Source: Takakia lepidozioides (Eukaryota > Plantae > Bryophyta). Taken from it: DNA of 64,000 nt. Within the stretch, counting starts at the first letter, position 1. The number at the start of each line of letters is the position of its first letter. The notes below the pieces were generated by a model. The model saw only the letters and a program-made list of their open reading frames with translations, had not been told where the DNA came from and ran no database searches. Below are positions 49,430 through 60,706 of the stretch, one piece after another. A program made the translations under genes and the position numbers. The stretch spans positions 34,348,001-34,412,000 of the forward strand of contig CM060734.1 in assembly GCA_030704615.1 (NCBI GenBank). The letters run 5' to 3'.

Positions 49430-51435
49430 ACCAGATTCATCCAAGAGGACCGGGTTTCAGACATAAGATTACTTTTGATTCCCTGTGGATCAATAGCTAC
49501 AAGAAATCTGCGTGGGTTGATGGTCAACTGGAAACATAAGCGGCAGCAGCACAATTGATAGAACAAGGCACTACTAATGAAGGCACCTTCAACACATTTC
49601 AGCCTGTTTTCCCCTGTTATCAGAGTCGTACCTAAATTTTCGTGTTGAATTTTGCAAGTTAGCTGGTTGAGTGAACCTTTGATAGTTTGGAGTGACTGAC
49701 ATGATACGGCCAACATGTGACAACAGGGAAGTATCCATAAACAGGTAACAGAGACGAGGAGAAGCTGTGGAATGGATACTTGTCTGACCCCAATCATCAA
49801 TGGTGGGAGAATAGAGACAAAAAGGTGAATGCCTGTGGGATTACATAGAGTAGCAGATGCAATTGAGCATAGTCCTGAACTAGTGTGATAAGCTGAGTTG
49901 GGTGTTTCCTAGAACAAATCTAGGCTGTCATTGTTAGCTGCTAGCAGCTCCAGGCAATGATGAATGTACTATTTGTGGAGAGGCATGGATAGCTGAAGGT
50001 GCAGGGATAGAGTGTGGGTCCAGACACACTCACATTATCTAAAGTGGATTCACACCAAATGTTTTTCTACTCAACACCCTTGTCAACATGTATGTTAAGT
50101 GTGGGAGCATCATGGATGCTCACCAAGTGTTCAACAGAATGCCTCAACGATCTTTGATCACGTCGAATATAATGTTGGCAGGATTTACCAAGCATGGGTG
50201 TGGTAGGAATGCTTGTGGAGAGGGGTGAAGCCCAACCACATCACATTTGTTTGTGTTTGCAATGCGTGTGCAAGCAGGGGAGCTCTGGAAAGGGGAAAGA
50301 GGTCCATGGTGACATCGTCAAAGCTGGAATTGTACCAGATGTCATTCTGAACACTGCCCTAGTGGACATGTATGCGAAATGTGGGTGCATTAAGGATGCG
50401 AAGGGAGTTTTCAACACTATGGCTGAACAAGATGTGGTGTCGTGGAACGCGATGCTTGCAGAGTATGCACAGCAGGGACTTGGTATGGAGGCTTTGGAGA
50501 CCTAGGATCAAATGATGGAGGAAGGGGTGAAGCCCAACCACATCACGTTTGTGTGCATTTGCAAGCCTAGAAGCCCTAGAAAAGGGCAAAGAGGTCCATA
50601 CTGACATTATCAGAGCTGGATTGTACTCGATGTCATTTTGAAGTACAATACCCTGGTGGACATGTATCCAAAATGTGGGTGCATCAAGGATGCAAAGGGA
50701 GTGCTCGATAGTATGGCTGAACAAGATATGGTGTCATGGAATGCCATGCTTGTAGGATATGCACAGCAGGGGCGCGAGATGGAGGCAAGACCTATGAGCA
50801 AATGATGGGGGAAGGGGTGAAGTGTAACCAGATCACGTTTGTGTGTTTGCAATGCTTGTGCAAGCCTGGCAGCCCTGGAAAAGGGCAAAGAGATGCATGG
50901 TGACATCATCAAATCTGGAATTGCACTTGTCATTCTGAACACTGCCCTAGTGGACATGTATGCCAAATGTGGGTGCATTGAGGATGCAAAGGGAGTGTTT
51001 GACAGTATGGCTGAACAACATATGGTATTGTGGAGTGTGATGATTGCAGGATATGCACAGCAAGGGCGCGGGATGGAGGCTTTGGAGACCTAGGGGCAAA
51101 TGACGAGAAGCTATGGAATGATTACTTTTCTGACCCCAGTCAATGGTGGGACAACTGAGGCAAAAAGGTGAATGCCTGTTACATTTCAGAGAGTAGCAGA
51201 CGCAATATCAGCATAGGAACTAGTGTGATAAGCTGAGTTGGGTGTTTCCTAGAACAAATATAGGCTGCTGCTAGCAGCAAGGCATGGATGAATGCATGAT
51301 TTGTGCATAGGCATGGATACCTGAAGGAGCAGAGATAGAGTGTGGGTCCAGATTCATCCGAGGGGGTCAGATTTCAAGCACAAGATTACCTATGATTCCC
51401 TGTGGATCAATAGCTACAAGAAACCTGCATGGGGA
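49430..51435 (+). pseudogene. PLS-PPR tract (~50040-51100) flanked by OSB-type PDF motif exons
   Basis: Repeated LNTALVDMYAKCGCIKDAKGVF..DVVSWNAML. Splicing 51102-51167 to 51352-51433 gives DEKLWNDYFSDPSQWWDN*GKK/IHPRGSDFKHKITYDSLWINSYKKPAW. Further copies at 49434-49535 and 49753-49824. Confidence 0.8.
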
Positions 51436-51639
51436 GAATCTGATGGTCTATTCCGTGGGACTCAATCTGTCACTGAAGTCTTGCGTTATGAGGATCAGAA
51501 ATGCTTGGCAGCTTACCTGCACGAGGCCTTGACCTTTAGGCAATCCCCTGAGCAGTAGTTGCTTTTGGGCTGCTATTGTATGTAGCTAGTTGCTAGTCCA
51601 GCACTTCTAAGGAGTTTTGATATATATTTCTAGTTGGGA

Positions 51640-51890
51640 GACAGTTCAAGGTGGGAGATCATGTTCGGCTACTTGATGTCAACATCAAACGCACCAAGGT
51701 TGGATGTGGACTTTTTGTTGGTCTGCAAGGGAGCATGGTGGGTGACGGGTACCCTGTGGTGCCACTTGATTATGTTGCTTTATCCATCAAAGAGGCGAGC
51801 ATAAGTAATGCTCCTCTGAGAGAGTTGGGGCAGGTGGTAGGAAACACCACAATTTGGAGCCTGAAGCTCCTGAAACATGATACAATGTAG
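51640..51890 (+). pseudogene. Last exon of a CACTA TnpA/ORF2-like gene
   Basis: GDHVRLLDV..KVGCG..G..VPLDYVALSI..APLRELGQVVGNTTIW resembles the C-terminal domain of En/Spm ORF2 proteins; lies just inside the right subterminal repeats. Confidence 0.55.
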
Positions 51891-53369
51891 TTGAAAATAT
51901 GCCACAGTGGTGATATATAAATAGAGCTCTTCAATTGTAGGAGTACTAGTGGACTGCTTCCCCTATGTGGGCTTGGGTTTTGGGACTTGTAGCTTTTGAG
52001 GCTTGGTTATTTATCCATGTGGCATTTCAGGCTTCTTGATTGTAGAGCCTTTGTGGCATCCATGGGAATATTTTTCCCATTGAATTTTTGCAGTATGAGC
52101 GACATTCTAGAGACAATCTATGTATTTGTGTGAAATTCTTTCATTCAATTAAATATATTGCTCTGTATATTTAAACACATCTGAATATCAAAATGATAAA
52201 TAAAATTTACATGAAATAAATAAATAAATAGCATTAATGGTTTTATAAACTAATTGAATAAAGACACGTGTTAGATGACCTACTAGAACCAGAACAAAGC
52301 TATAGTGATTGAGTCATATTTGTAGTCATAAAATATGCCACAGTGAGTAGTGATATAGTCATAAGTGTAGTCATATACATCCGGGGGGTCACATGTGTCA
52401 TGGAGAGACCTCTCCATGTTGGCGCTCATTTGTAGTGACGTAGTCGTAAGTGTAGTCATGACACGTAGCCTTGTAGTCGTATAATTATGACTACAACACT
52501 ACACCCCACGTCACTCTGAGCCGTTGGGCAGGTGCCACGTCTGCAGTGATGACCATCACTTCGCACTTATCACTCCGTAGTGATGGTAGAACTGACTTCG
52601 TGTTTGTCACTGCATAGTGATGTAGTCATAATCGCACTTATCACTGCAAATGTAGTGATATTTGCAGTCATAAAAATGATAGTCTGTACCAGTGTGAGTT
52701 GAGGTTGAAAAATTCCGGAGCTCCGTTCATCAGGGGACTTCTTGTTTTGATGAGCCTGAGTAAAGGATTGCAAATAGAAGAGACGGCAAAGATGGTGTCG
52801 ATTAGATAGGAAGGGAAGTGACTCTGTCCCGCATATCGCTGATCGCTTGGCGAGCTTGAGTTACCGTTGCTTCCCTCCCCTCACCGCAATATGCGGAGCT
52901 ACATCTCGCCCCCCTCAACTTCTAATTTTGATTTCCAATATAGCTCATGGACATGAATTCTCAAATTGCGCCTCATTTCCATAATAAAATTATTTATCTT
53001 GTGTCCATGTAGTCAAAAATGTGCGTCTTGACTGAATAACTAGGAGAGGATCCATTCTTCCACAACCTGTAACATTATCTGAAACAATTCCTCGCTTCAG
53101 ATCCTGAAGTTCATTATCCAAACGTGACAATTCTTGCAATTCAACTTCGAGTGTTCTCTAAGGTGGAGACCCTCATGGTAGAGCTGCAAGGCATCTCTCA
53201 TCCTCGTAATGAAACATCTCTGCAAGGAATCTAAATAGGCAGTACTAGCAGCCCCACATTTTGCATTAGAGAAAACAATGAAAGATGAAATGTTCTTTAG
53301 TCTCAAGCCTGGCTTGTCCAGCACACACAAGACAAAGGCATTCCACATGCTGCAGCTTATCCCATCTGC

Positions 53370-53535
53370 CAGAAACTAAAGATCTCTGAAGTACCTGCTC
53401 AGTAAGATCTTGTTGGTAAGATCTTTCCTTGAAATCCACGGATGATGCATGAGAACTACTCAACACTTCGTAATTTGGATCACTGTTGAGGGCAATGCCT
53501 TCCAACACTGTCAAACTGCACAAATTTCCACCCAA
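53370..53535 (-). pseudogene. ABC1-like kinase (ABC1K) gene fragment
   Basis: CSLTVLEGIALNSDPNYEVLSSS resembles the RSLTVLEGIAL..DPNYKVL motif of plant ABC1K proteins. Confidence 0.65.
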
Positions 53536-54115
53536 AAGCTACTGGTCTCTCAGTGACATAACATCCCTTCTCTGTAATTAAGATATTCTTTACAAGTGTT
53601 ATATTTAGGGCTTTGTCCAAGTCCAGTAGCTTCAAACCCTTCTTCAAATCCTTCTTGCTTGTGCACGATGCTTGAGCAGTGGACATCAATAACAAGATGG
53701 AGAAGGCCTCACTCGTGCAGTGCCAGCGAAAGGATCATCACATCTGTAGTTGCCGATTACAACGCATGCGCTTGCTTAGGAAATCAGCCACAATTAGGTC
53801 CATATCATGCAAGAATATAGGGTATGGATGGAGTCCTTTGAACAAAGGTAAAAGGAGAGACACCTTAAATGTTCATTCTTTTGTTATTGAAGTTAAGGAA
53901 ATTTGTGTCCTATTTCCTTGAGCTTGAAAAATCTTCGTCAGCTTCCTAAGAACTCCCAATCTGTTTTCTAGTGAGATTAATGAAATCAGTGAGAACATGA
54001 AAGGTGATCTCTGCTTGATATATTTTCAAATGATAGGGACTTAGGTCCTCCTTGGCAGGTCCTCATCAGCCATCCACAGATCTTTGAGTTATATGCATGA
54101 ATTACAACAAGGAAT

Positions 54116-54658
54116 TATCGTGCACCTAAGCATCGTGCCACAACATACATCGCTATCCACCATACATTCTAAGCACACAATCCTAGAAAGCTATGCCACA
54201 ATGATAATGGAAGTGAACACACAATGGAAACACTCCACTCATGAATCCACTCAATCACATAAACTAAGTCAAGCCAAGGGCACCTTTGCTAAGGGAATCC
54301 ACCCTACAAAGCCCTCACCACACTCCCTCTCAATACCTAGAGCTATGGAGGTAGGAGAGGCTCATGGAGGCTCAACTACAAGAAGATGAGCCCTCCTCAA
54401 CACTCACAAGGGGAAAACCCATCCCCATGTCCCAAGTGAGGTTTGACACCTCACTTGGCATGTGAGACCAAATGAAGTCCCAACACACAAAATACAAATA
54501 AAAATATCCAAAATGTCCTAGTTAACTAGAAGTAGGTAATTCTAGTTAACCATGACTAAAACCATGACAGCTGTCGTGCACTTAAGCATCGTGCCACAAC
54601 ATACATCGTTGTCCACCATACATTCTAAGCACACAATCCTAGAAAGCTATGCCACAAT
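54116..54658 (-). repeat. 3' terminal block of element 2: A (54116-54202), B (54203-54569), gc, A' (54572-54658)
   Basis: 87-bp direct repeats; junction tgacagctgtcg; PPT-like aggggggc at 54660-54667. Confidence 0.93.
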
Positions 54659-54913
54659 TGCCCCCCTAGTTGGTGATTAGGTCCCTCTAACACCGGATAA
54701 CTGACAAGTATCCATCTCAATAAAATCATCGCTTGGTCTTCAATCGCACATGTCCCAGTATCTAAAGTTAATAGATCAAGAGGCCGGGTGCAAAAGTAGC
54801 CCCATCGTTACTCGCCTTCCTGCAATCCATGATCTTCAATTAAATATCCCTGGCGTTGAGCTCCCATCAGCTAGACCTTGGATCACTTGTCAATTCCACC
54901 ATTGTCATGCCCA

Positions 54914-56968
54914 CTACTTATGTCCAAGGCATCGTGGACACAACCATTCTCCACTAGGAACCTCCTCAAGTGGCGGTGTCAAGCGTTCCATGTGCCACCC
55001 CCTTGAGCATTTGTCACACACCAACATGGTCGCGGCACCACCAGCATGCCCACATAGCATGCACCGCAACCCTGCAGGTACCACTGCAAGGTTGGGATCT
55101 ATCCTCCCATCCACATGTGGAAAGTGACATGGCGCACAATTGCGCACATGGTCCTTCCATACCATGCCATCTCGACCCCCCAGAATCAACACTCCTGAAG
55201 GCAACACCTCCCGGACCCTTAGAATCACACGCCCTGCTGTGACATCCAAAGTCGTAGGCGTTGTCTGCTGCAGATACACATAGTCCCCAGGGTGGAAACG
55301 CCGAACACCTGGCCGATATCCCCCTCCACGTATAGTGGCGTACCTCAACGTGTCTCGGTGTTGGGCAATAGCAAGGTTCTCAAAAGCCATAGGCATGACT
55401 CTCTTGAACAACTCTGCCAGCTGGGCACATGCTTGTGTCCACACATCCAGATCATCAAGGTTGATAACTACTGCAGTCTCCCTGCAAATAGATGCAGGCA
55501 AATCTGGCTCTCGGCCAAAGATAAGGAAATACGGCAAGAACGAGGCAAGTAATGCTTGTTTGCTAAACCTGTAGCCCATGGCCAACCAAGGTAGCTGAAG
55601 GTCCCAATTTCCTAAGTGTCCCTTCTGCAAGCCATACTTGCGCAAGCCTCGCTTGACTGTTTGTACAACCCTCTCTGCCAGGCCATCAGCCTCGGGATGA
55701 TCCCGAGAAGTAGTGCGGTGATCTATCAAGGCTTGCTCACACAAAGCCTGAAACTCCCCCAAGAACTCTCTCCCCTGGTCCGTGAGTACCTCGTCTGGAA
55801 CACCAAATTGGCTAAGCACTCGATCTAAGAATGCATACGCAGCCCCCTCACTTGCCTTGTCAGGCAATGCCACTAGTTCAATCCACTTGGAGAAATGTTC
55901 CACCATCACCAGCACATACTTGTTATGGCGAATCGTTAGTGGCAATGGGCCTGCGAAGTCAAGATTCCAACGATAGCCCAAACCCATAATGGGTAAAGGA
56001 TGCAATTGTGGAGTAGGTGCATTGAAAGAAGCTTGCACTCTATCACACACCATGCACCTTGCCACTAACTGTTGCACATCCGTGTGCATGCCCCGCCACC
56101 AGTACTGTCCTTGCAGCAAACTATGAGTGCGCCGCACCCCAAAATGTCCTAACTCCTCATGGGCATGGCGTACCAATCGCGCTCGTTGTGTTGGATGAGG
56201 CACAATCCTCACTCGTCCATCCTCCCATACTCGGAGTAGGTGAGTCCCCTCCCACTTGAACCTTTTGGCTCGTTGTAGGATCCGATCTCTCTCCTTAGCA
56301 GTCACACTGGCTGCTGTCTCTCCAGTACGAAGGTAGGCCAACACTGCTGCATCTTCATGTACATCCTTAGCACCACCAAGCTCCTCACTGATCTCCGGAT
56401 CGTCATGCACACCATCTACATGACCAATGCTATGGGATGGACCAGCTTGAGCTCCCATTGCTAGGATGCACAAAAAGACAGATGCATGCCATCCTGGCAC
56501 CATCTCCTCATCCGTCTCACCATGCCACTGAGCTCCAGTATCATCATGCTCGCTCGTGCATGGATTACGACTCAATCCATCTGCATCCCGATTGACAATA
56601 CTGACTCGATGCACCACCTGAAAGTCGTATTCTTGAAGCATAAGTGCCCACCGTGCAAGCTTCCCTGTAAGCTTGTCTGATTCCATCAACCACTTCAATG
56701 GTTGGTGATCCGTGACAAGGATGAAGAGATTGCCATAGAGGTAGCATTTGAAATGTGCCACTGCCCATACCGCAGCTAGCTCCCCTTCATAGGAACTATA
56801 CTTCGCCTCGGCATCATTGCTTGAGCGGCTAGCATATGCCACTACGAACTCTCTTCCCTCATCATCCATCTGTGTGAGCACTGCTCCAATCCCCAGCATA
56901 CTCCAATCCGTATGTAGCTGGAAAGGCCGCCCCCGAATAGGCCGCCTCAGAATAGGTGCAGAAGTCAA
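54914..56968 (-). CDS. RNaseH, integrase and PHD finger of element 2
   Basis: LHTDWS, HEELGH..CMVC, LDFAGP, TDQGREF, CMLCG..VCDKC..WH..WLCPRC. Confidence 0.95.
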   Translation of the reverse strand: MTSAPILRRPIRGRPFQLHTDWSMLGIGAVLTQMDDEGREFVVAYASRSSNDAEAKYSSYEGELAAVWAVAHFKCYLYGNLFILVTDHQPLKWLMESDKLTGKLARWALMLQEYDFQVVHRVSIVNRDADGLSRNPCTSEHDDTGAQWHGETDEEMVPGWHASVFLCILAMGAQAGPSHSIGHVDGVHDDPEISEELGGAKDVHEDAAVLAYLRTGETAASVTAKERDRILQRAKRFKWEGTHLLRVWEDGRVRIVPHPTQRARLVRHAHEELGHFGVRRTHSLLQGQYWWRGMHTDVQQLVARCMVCDRVQASFNAPTPQLHPLPIMGLGYRWNLDFAGPLPLTIRHNKYVLVMVEHFSKWIELVALPDKASEGAAYAFLDRVLSQFGVPDEVLTDQGREFLGEFQALCEQALIDHRTTSRDHPEADGLAERVVQTVKRGLRKYGLQKGHLGNWDLQLPWLAMGYRFSKQALLASFLPYFLIFGREPDLPASICRETAVVINLDDLDVWTQACAQLAELFKRVMPMAFENLAIAQHRDTLRYATIRGGGYRPGVRRFHPGDYVYLQQTTPTTLDVTAGRVILRVREVLPSGVLILGGRDGMVWKDHVRNCAPCHFPHVDGRIDPNLAVVPAGLRCMLCGHAGGAATMLVCDKCSRGWHMERLTPPLEEVPSGEWLCPRCLGHK

Positions 56969-57920
56969 TCAAGCCTTGAGTTCCTCAAAGGCTTCCTCCT
57001 GCTCCTCCTCCCACTGCCACTCCTGACCCACCTTGGTCAACTTAGTAGGAGCCTTTGCAATGCTGCTAAATCCCTTGACAAACCGTCGATAGTAGTTTGC
57101 CAACCCCGTGAAAGCACAAACTCTGCTAACATCTATGGGGCGTGGAATGCGTGCAATGGCCTCCACCTTTGTCTTTTGAATACCCAATCCTCCAGTGTAT
57201 ATCATGTGGCCCAAATACTCAATCTGGTTGTGGAAGAACTTGCACTTCCCAGGGTGCAATTTCAACCCATGAGCTCTCAAGCGCTCAAACACCACCTGAA
57301 GGTGTCTCTCATGCTCCTCAACCGTAGCACTAAAGACGATGATGTCATCAATGTAACACCGGGCAAAATCTAGCCCCGCGAGAATCCTATCCATAACCCT
57401 CTGAAACTCTGCAGGAGCATTTTTCAACCTAAACGGTAGGAAGCGCCATTGGTACAAACAATCCTTCCCATGTTGGTCAATCCCCTAGAATGCCGTCTTT
57501 TGCTTGTCAGCCTCTTTGATTGGCAACTGGTGGTAACCGGATCGCAAGTCCAATGTGCTAAACACCTTCGCATGCCCAATGGCATCAAAGATTTACTCTG
57601 GAGTTGGCATGGCATATCTATCGGACTTAGTCTGACGGTTCACATGACGATAGTCCCCACACATCCTTCTTTCTATCCAATTGCCATAGATATCCTTCTT
57701 AGCTGGCATCACCGTTGCCAAGGCATACTCCCCGCCTGACAACTCAACGAATCCAGTTTCGAACAACTCCATAGTCCGTGACTGGATCAATGACTTCTCC
57801 ATGTCACTATACCGGTAGGGCCTTCGAAAGATTGGCGTGTCACTTGCCAAATCAATACAAATCTCTTGGCCCTTCAAACTCCCCAAATCCTTCAAACCGA
57901 AGGCAAAGCAATTTCTATAA
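56969..57920 (-). pseudogene. Reverse transcriptase of element 2, with stops
   Basis: RMCGDYRHVN, KNAPAEFQ, YIDDIIVF, YLGH. Confidence 0.95.
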
Positions 57921-58419
57921 GCCCTTAGAAATCGCTGGATCCTCCGTCTCTCTCCTCCGGTGACTGTAGGTCCAACATCTGGTTCCCAGTTGTCCTCAGT
58001 GACTGCAACCTTGGGTACACCAGGCTTGGAAGTAGGAGACGCATCCTTTGGTTGCTAGATAGCAACCTCTTGGGCTTTATCCGCCCACCCTAACCGTGGC
58101 GTAGCCTCCACTTGCTCCGCCATAGCCACCTTGAGAACATCCTCTGGGGAAGAAACATTCTCAACCTCTTCAAAAATATTGGCCACCTTGGCCTCCAACT
58201 GATCCTCAATGTATGGCTCTCCCCACTCCTCATACTGCTGCTTGAGAGATCCAATGACTCTCTATTTGCGCATCTCATCCCACATCTGCCATGGGTGTTT
58301 GCACCCCATGATCCTATGCTCGCCCCCACTCACTGCCTCAACCGTCCCGGTTGGCAGAGGGGATACAATACCAAATGGGAGTGCAGAAGTTGCCACCACT
58401 GTCTGCAACCTCCGTTGCT

Positions 58420-59380
58420 CAGCCATGCACAAGCCAATGATCCATGTCAAGCAATTTAGATCCATTGCTTGACCCAACACATGTCGGCGTGATGCCTCTG
58501 ACAGAGCTGACACAGTTGTAGTGCCCGTGGCAAATCCCATTGCCCGTTCTCGCTCATCTGCATTGGGCTCCACCAATTGTTGTAGCACAATGTCCCAAAT
58601 CAACCCAGGACCATTGTCTCAAAAAGCATGAGACGAGGGAAAGCTCATGAGCGTAGGCAAGGCCGCATGTGGCTGCCCCACTCAATTTACCACTGCTAGA
58701 GGTGGACGGTCATCATGTCGCACCCTCTGTGGTTGCCTCCCTTGGTCCAAAATGCCCTCAACTGTGAGATTGGGTGGCTGTTGAATGGAATTGTATGCTC
58801 TCTTGAGCAGCTTTGGTGGTGCAAGATTGGTCCACCACAATCGAGGTCGATGCGCTCGTGATCCCACCGCTGCTGCATCTAATAGCACCGCCGATCCAAT
58901 CCAAGACCGCACCTGATGCACACTGGCCATAACCCTGGCCCAAGAGTCCCCCATAAGAGGAACATTCTCCAAGATATAGGTTAGAGGTTGCACTTGCCTT
59001 GTCTGCAAGTCACGCAACACTCTCAACATCTCCCAAAACAAATGCGATCGTGCATCATGCAAGCCGTTCCCATGACCTGCGGGAGAGTGTCCTTGGCAAG
59101 GCCATCTAGCTATCACTAAGTCAATGGCACCATGCTGGTCCAAATTATCCGCCCCCAACAAGGTAATGTCTGCTGGCAAGGCCTTTTGATACCCTTGAAT
59201 TGCTGAGAGAGACAACAACTCAGGATACCGGTGTGTGAGCAAGGCGATGTGGCGTATAGAAATACGCCGAGCTATCTCATCCTTCTCTACATATAAGTAC
59301 TTGCGTACTTTAATCCCAGCTTGCAACACTCCTGCAAGCCCAGTGCTCATGCCTCCAAACAAGTCTAGCAAACAAATCCC
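58420..59380 (-). pseudogene. DNMT3-like methyltransferase domain of element 2
   Basis: LDLFGGMSTG, IDLVIARWPCQGHS, YILENV, RAHRPRLWWTN, ERERAMGF, RRHVLGQAMD; stops near 58620-58684. Confidence 0.92.
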
Positions 59381-59395
59381 TGAGTCAGGTGGTTG

Positions 59396-60607
59396 CTAGG
59401 TAATGGGCAGTGTATCCAAAGGAGCTAACTGAGGAGGTCCAGGTGATGTCACTGAACTCCCCTCAATTACCAATGGATAGGCCTCCTGCCATGCTTGTTG
59501 CGCATACTCATCTGCTACTCGATGCAAATTCCTAACTGTACCCCACAGTGGAATATGAACAGACACATGAGGAAGCAAATCAGCCTTGTATGCCAATTGT
59601 TTGTCCTCATCAGGTGGTGGCCTATCATTTGCATGGCTATTGCCCTCCAAGAGCTCACCACCCCAAGCCACCACCCCTGCGAATGCAGCAAATGTGGGCA
59701 TCATGTTCCTATGATCCACCGCTACATTCCCAATAAACTGCACTGGGAGCAGTGCACGTTGACCATCCCCTGACTGCCATTCCGGCCTATAGGATGTTGT
59801 TTCCTCCCAAAAGTCCAAAGTAAAGCCCATCGGGTATAACACAACCCCACCAACAAGCACATCATAAGACATCGCGTCCGTAACAATGGCTTTAGCTCTC
59901 ATGACAGAGCCATCTGTAGGATGATCTGGTTGTAATCGAATGAAGAGCTCATGGCGTGTAATCCCTCGTGTCTTCTCTAAACCGCCCAAAGATGTTTGAA
60001 TTTGGAAAGGACAAGGCTCCAAATCCGCCTCTGTAAGGCCCAAGCCTGCAATTGCTGCTCTCCCCAACATCAATGGCTGTGCTCCCGAGTCCAACAAGAC
60101 CCGCAGTGGCCTATACCTCCTCCCGGCTCGGCCACCCAACTGAAACACACCATCCTGATTGTCTACCAGGACTACCCCAGGAGTCACCATACTACGCTCA
60201 ATGGCTGGTCTAGCTGGCAATTCCTGCAACCTTGCAGCTGCCACTTGCCATGGCGCAACTGTGGCTGTTTTCACCCTTGAATCCAAGGCATCCATGCACT
60301 GCACCTGATCCGCTATCCCCGCAGATAGTGCCGATGCATCACCACTCTCACAAAGTGCAGCTGCCAGTCTAAACACTGCAGCTGGCCGCATCCCCGGCAT
60401 TGCAATTGTCGTGGCAGAAAACAATGAAGCTTGGCAAATTGCCGTAGCCACCCCCAACAATGTACTGGCTGCACCTTGCTTTGCTGCACCACCCACTGGC
60501 ATTTCCCGAGCCACACCAACTCTCCCCAATGACACTCGTGGCTCTACTTCTGACACACTTGGGCGAGCGGGTGCCATCGATGGCATAGTTGGCATTGTCT
60601 CAGCCAA
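59396..60607 (-). CDS. Aspartic protease region of element 2
   Basis: VLLDSGAQPLMLG ... YDVLVGG. Confidence 0.9.
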   Translation of the reverse strand: MAETMPTMPSMAPARPSVSEVEPRVSLGRVGVAREMPVGGAAKQGAASTLLGVATAICQASLFSATTIAMPGMRPAAVFRLAAALCESGDASALSAGIADQVQCMDALDSRVKTATVAPWQVAAARLQELPARPAIERSMVTPGVVLVDNQDGVFQLGGRAGRRYRPLRVLLDSGAQPLMLGRAAIAGLGLTEADLEPCPFQIQTSLGGLEKTRGITRHELFIRLQPDHPTDGSVMRAKAIVTDAMSYDVLVGGVVLYPMGFTLDFWEETTSYRPEWQSGDGQRALLPVQFIGNVAVDHRNMMPTFAAFAGVVAWGGELLEGNSHANDRPPPDEDKQLAYKADLLPHVSVHIPLWGTVRNLHRVADEYAQQAWQEAYPLVIEGSSVTSPGPPQLAPLDTLPIT

Positions 60608-60706
60608 TGTGAAAGACTATGGAAGCCTTGTTTGCCGACTTGCTTCCCCTCTTCGTGGATCAAAATCCACATCCACTCCTCTTGGCTCAGGAGCACGCGT
60701 TGCTGC

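Larger units (their letters stand above)
31470..52694. mobile_element. CACTA (En/Spm) element, ~21 kb with nested inserts
   Basis: Left cactagtccagattaacgtttttattactac versus right-end reverse complement cactggtacagactatcatttttatgactgc. TSD TGA at 31467-31469 and 52695-52697. Subterminal repeats gactac (31490-31830) and gtagtc (52300-52680) in opposite orientation. Confidence 0.85.

Noticed and set aside
28685-52945. TSD for the ORF1-only LINE (ttccaatcta / ttccaatata)
   Set aside because: Short, AT-rich and imperfect; boundaries not established
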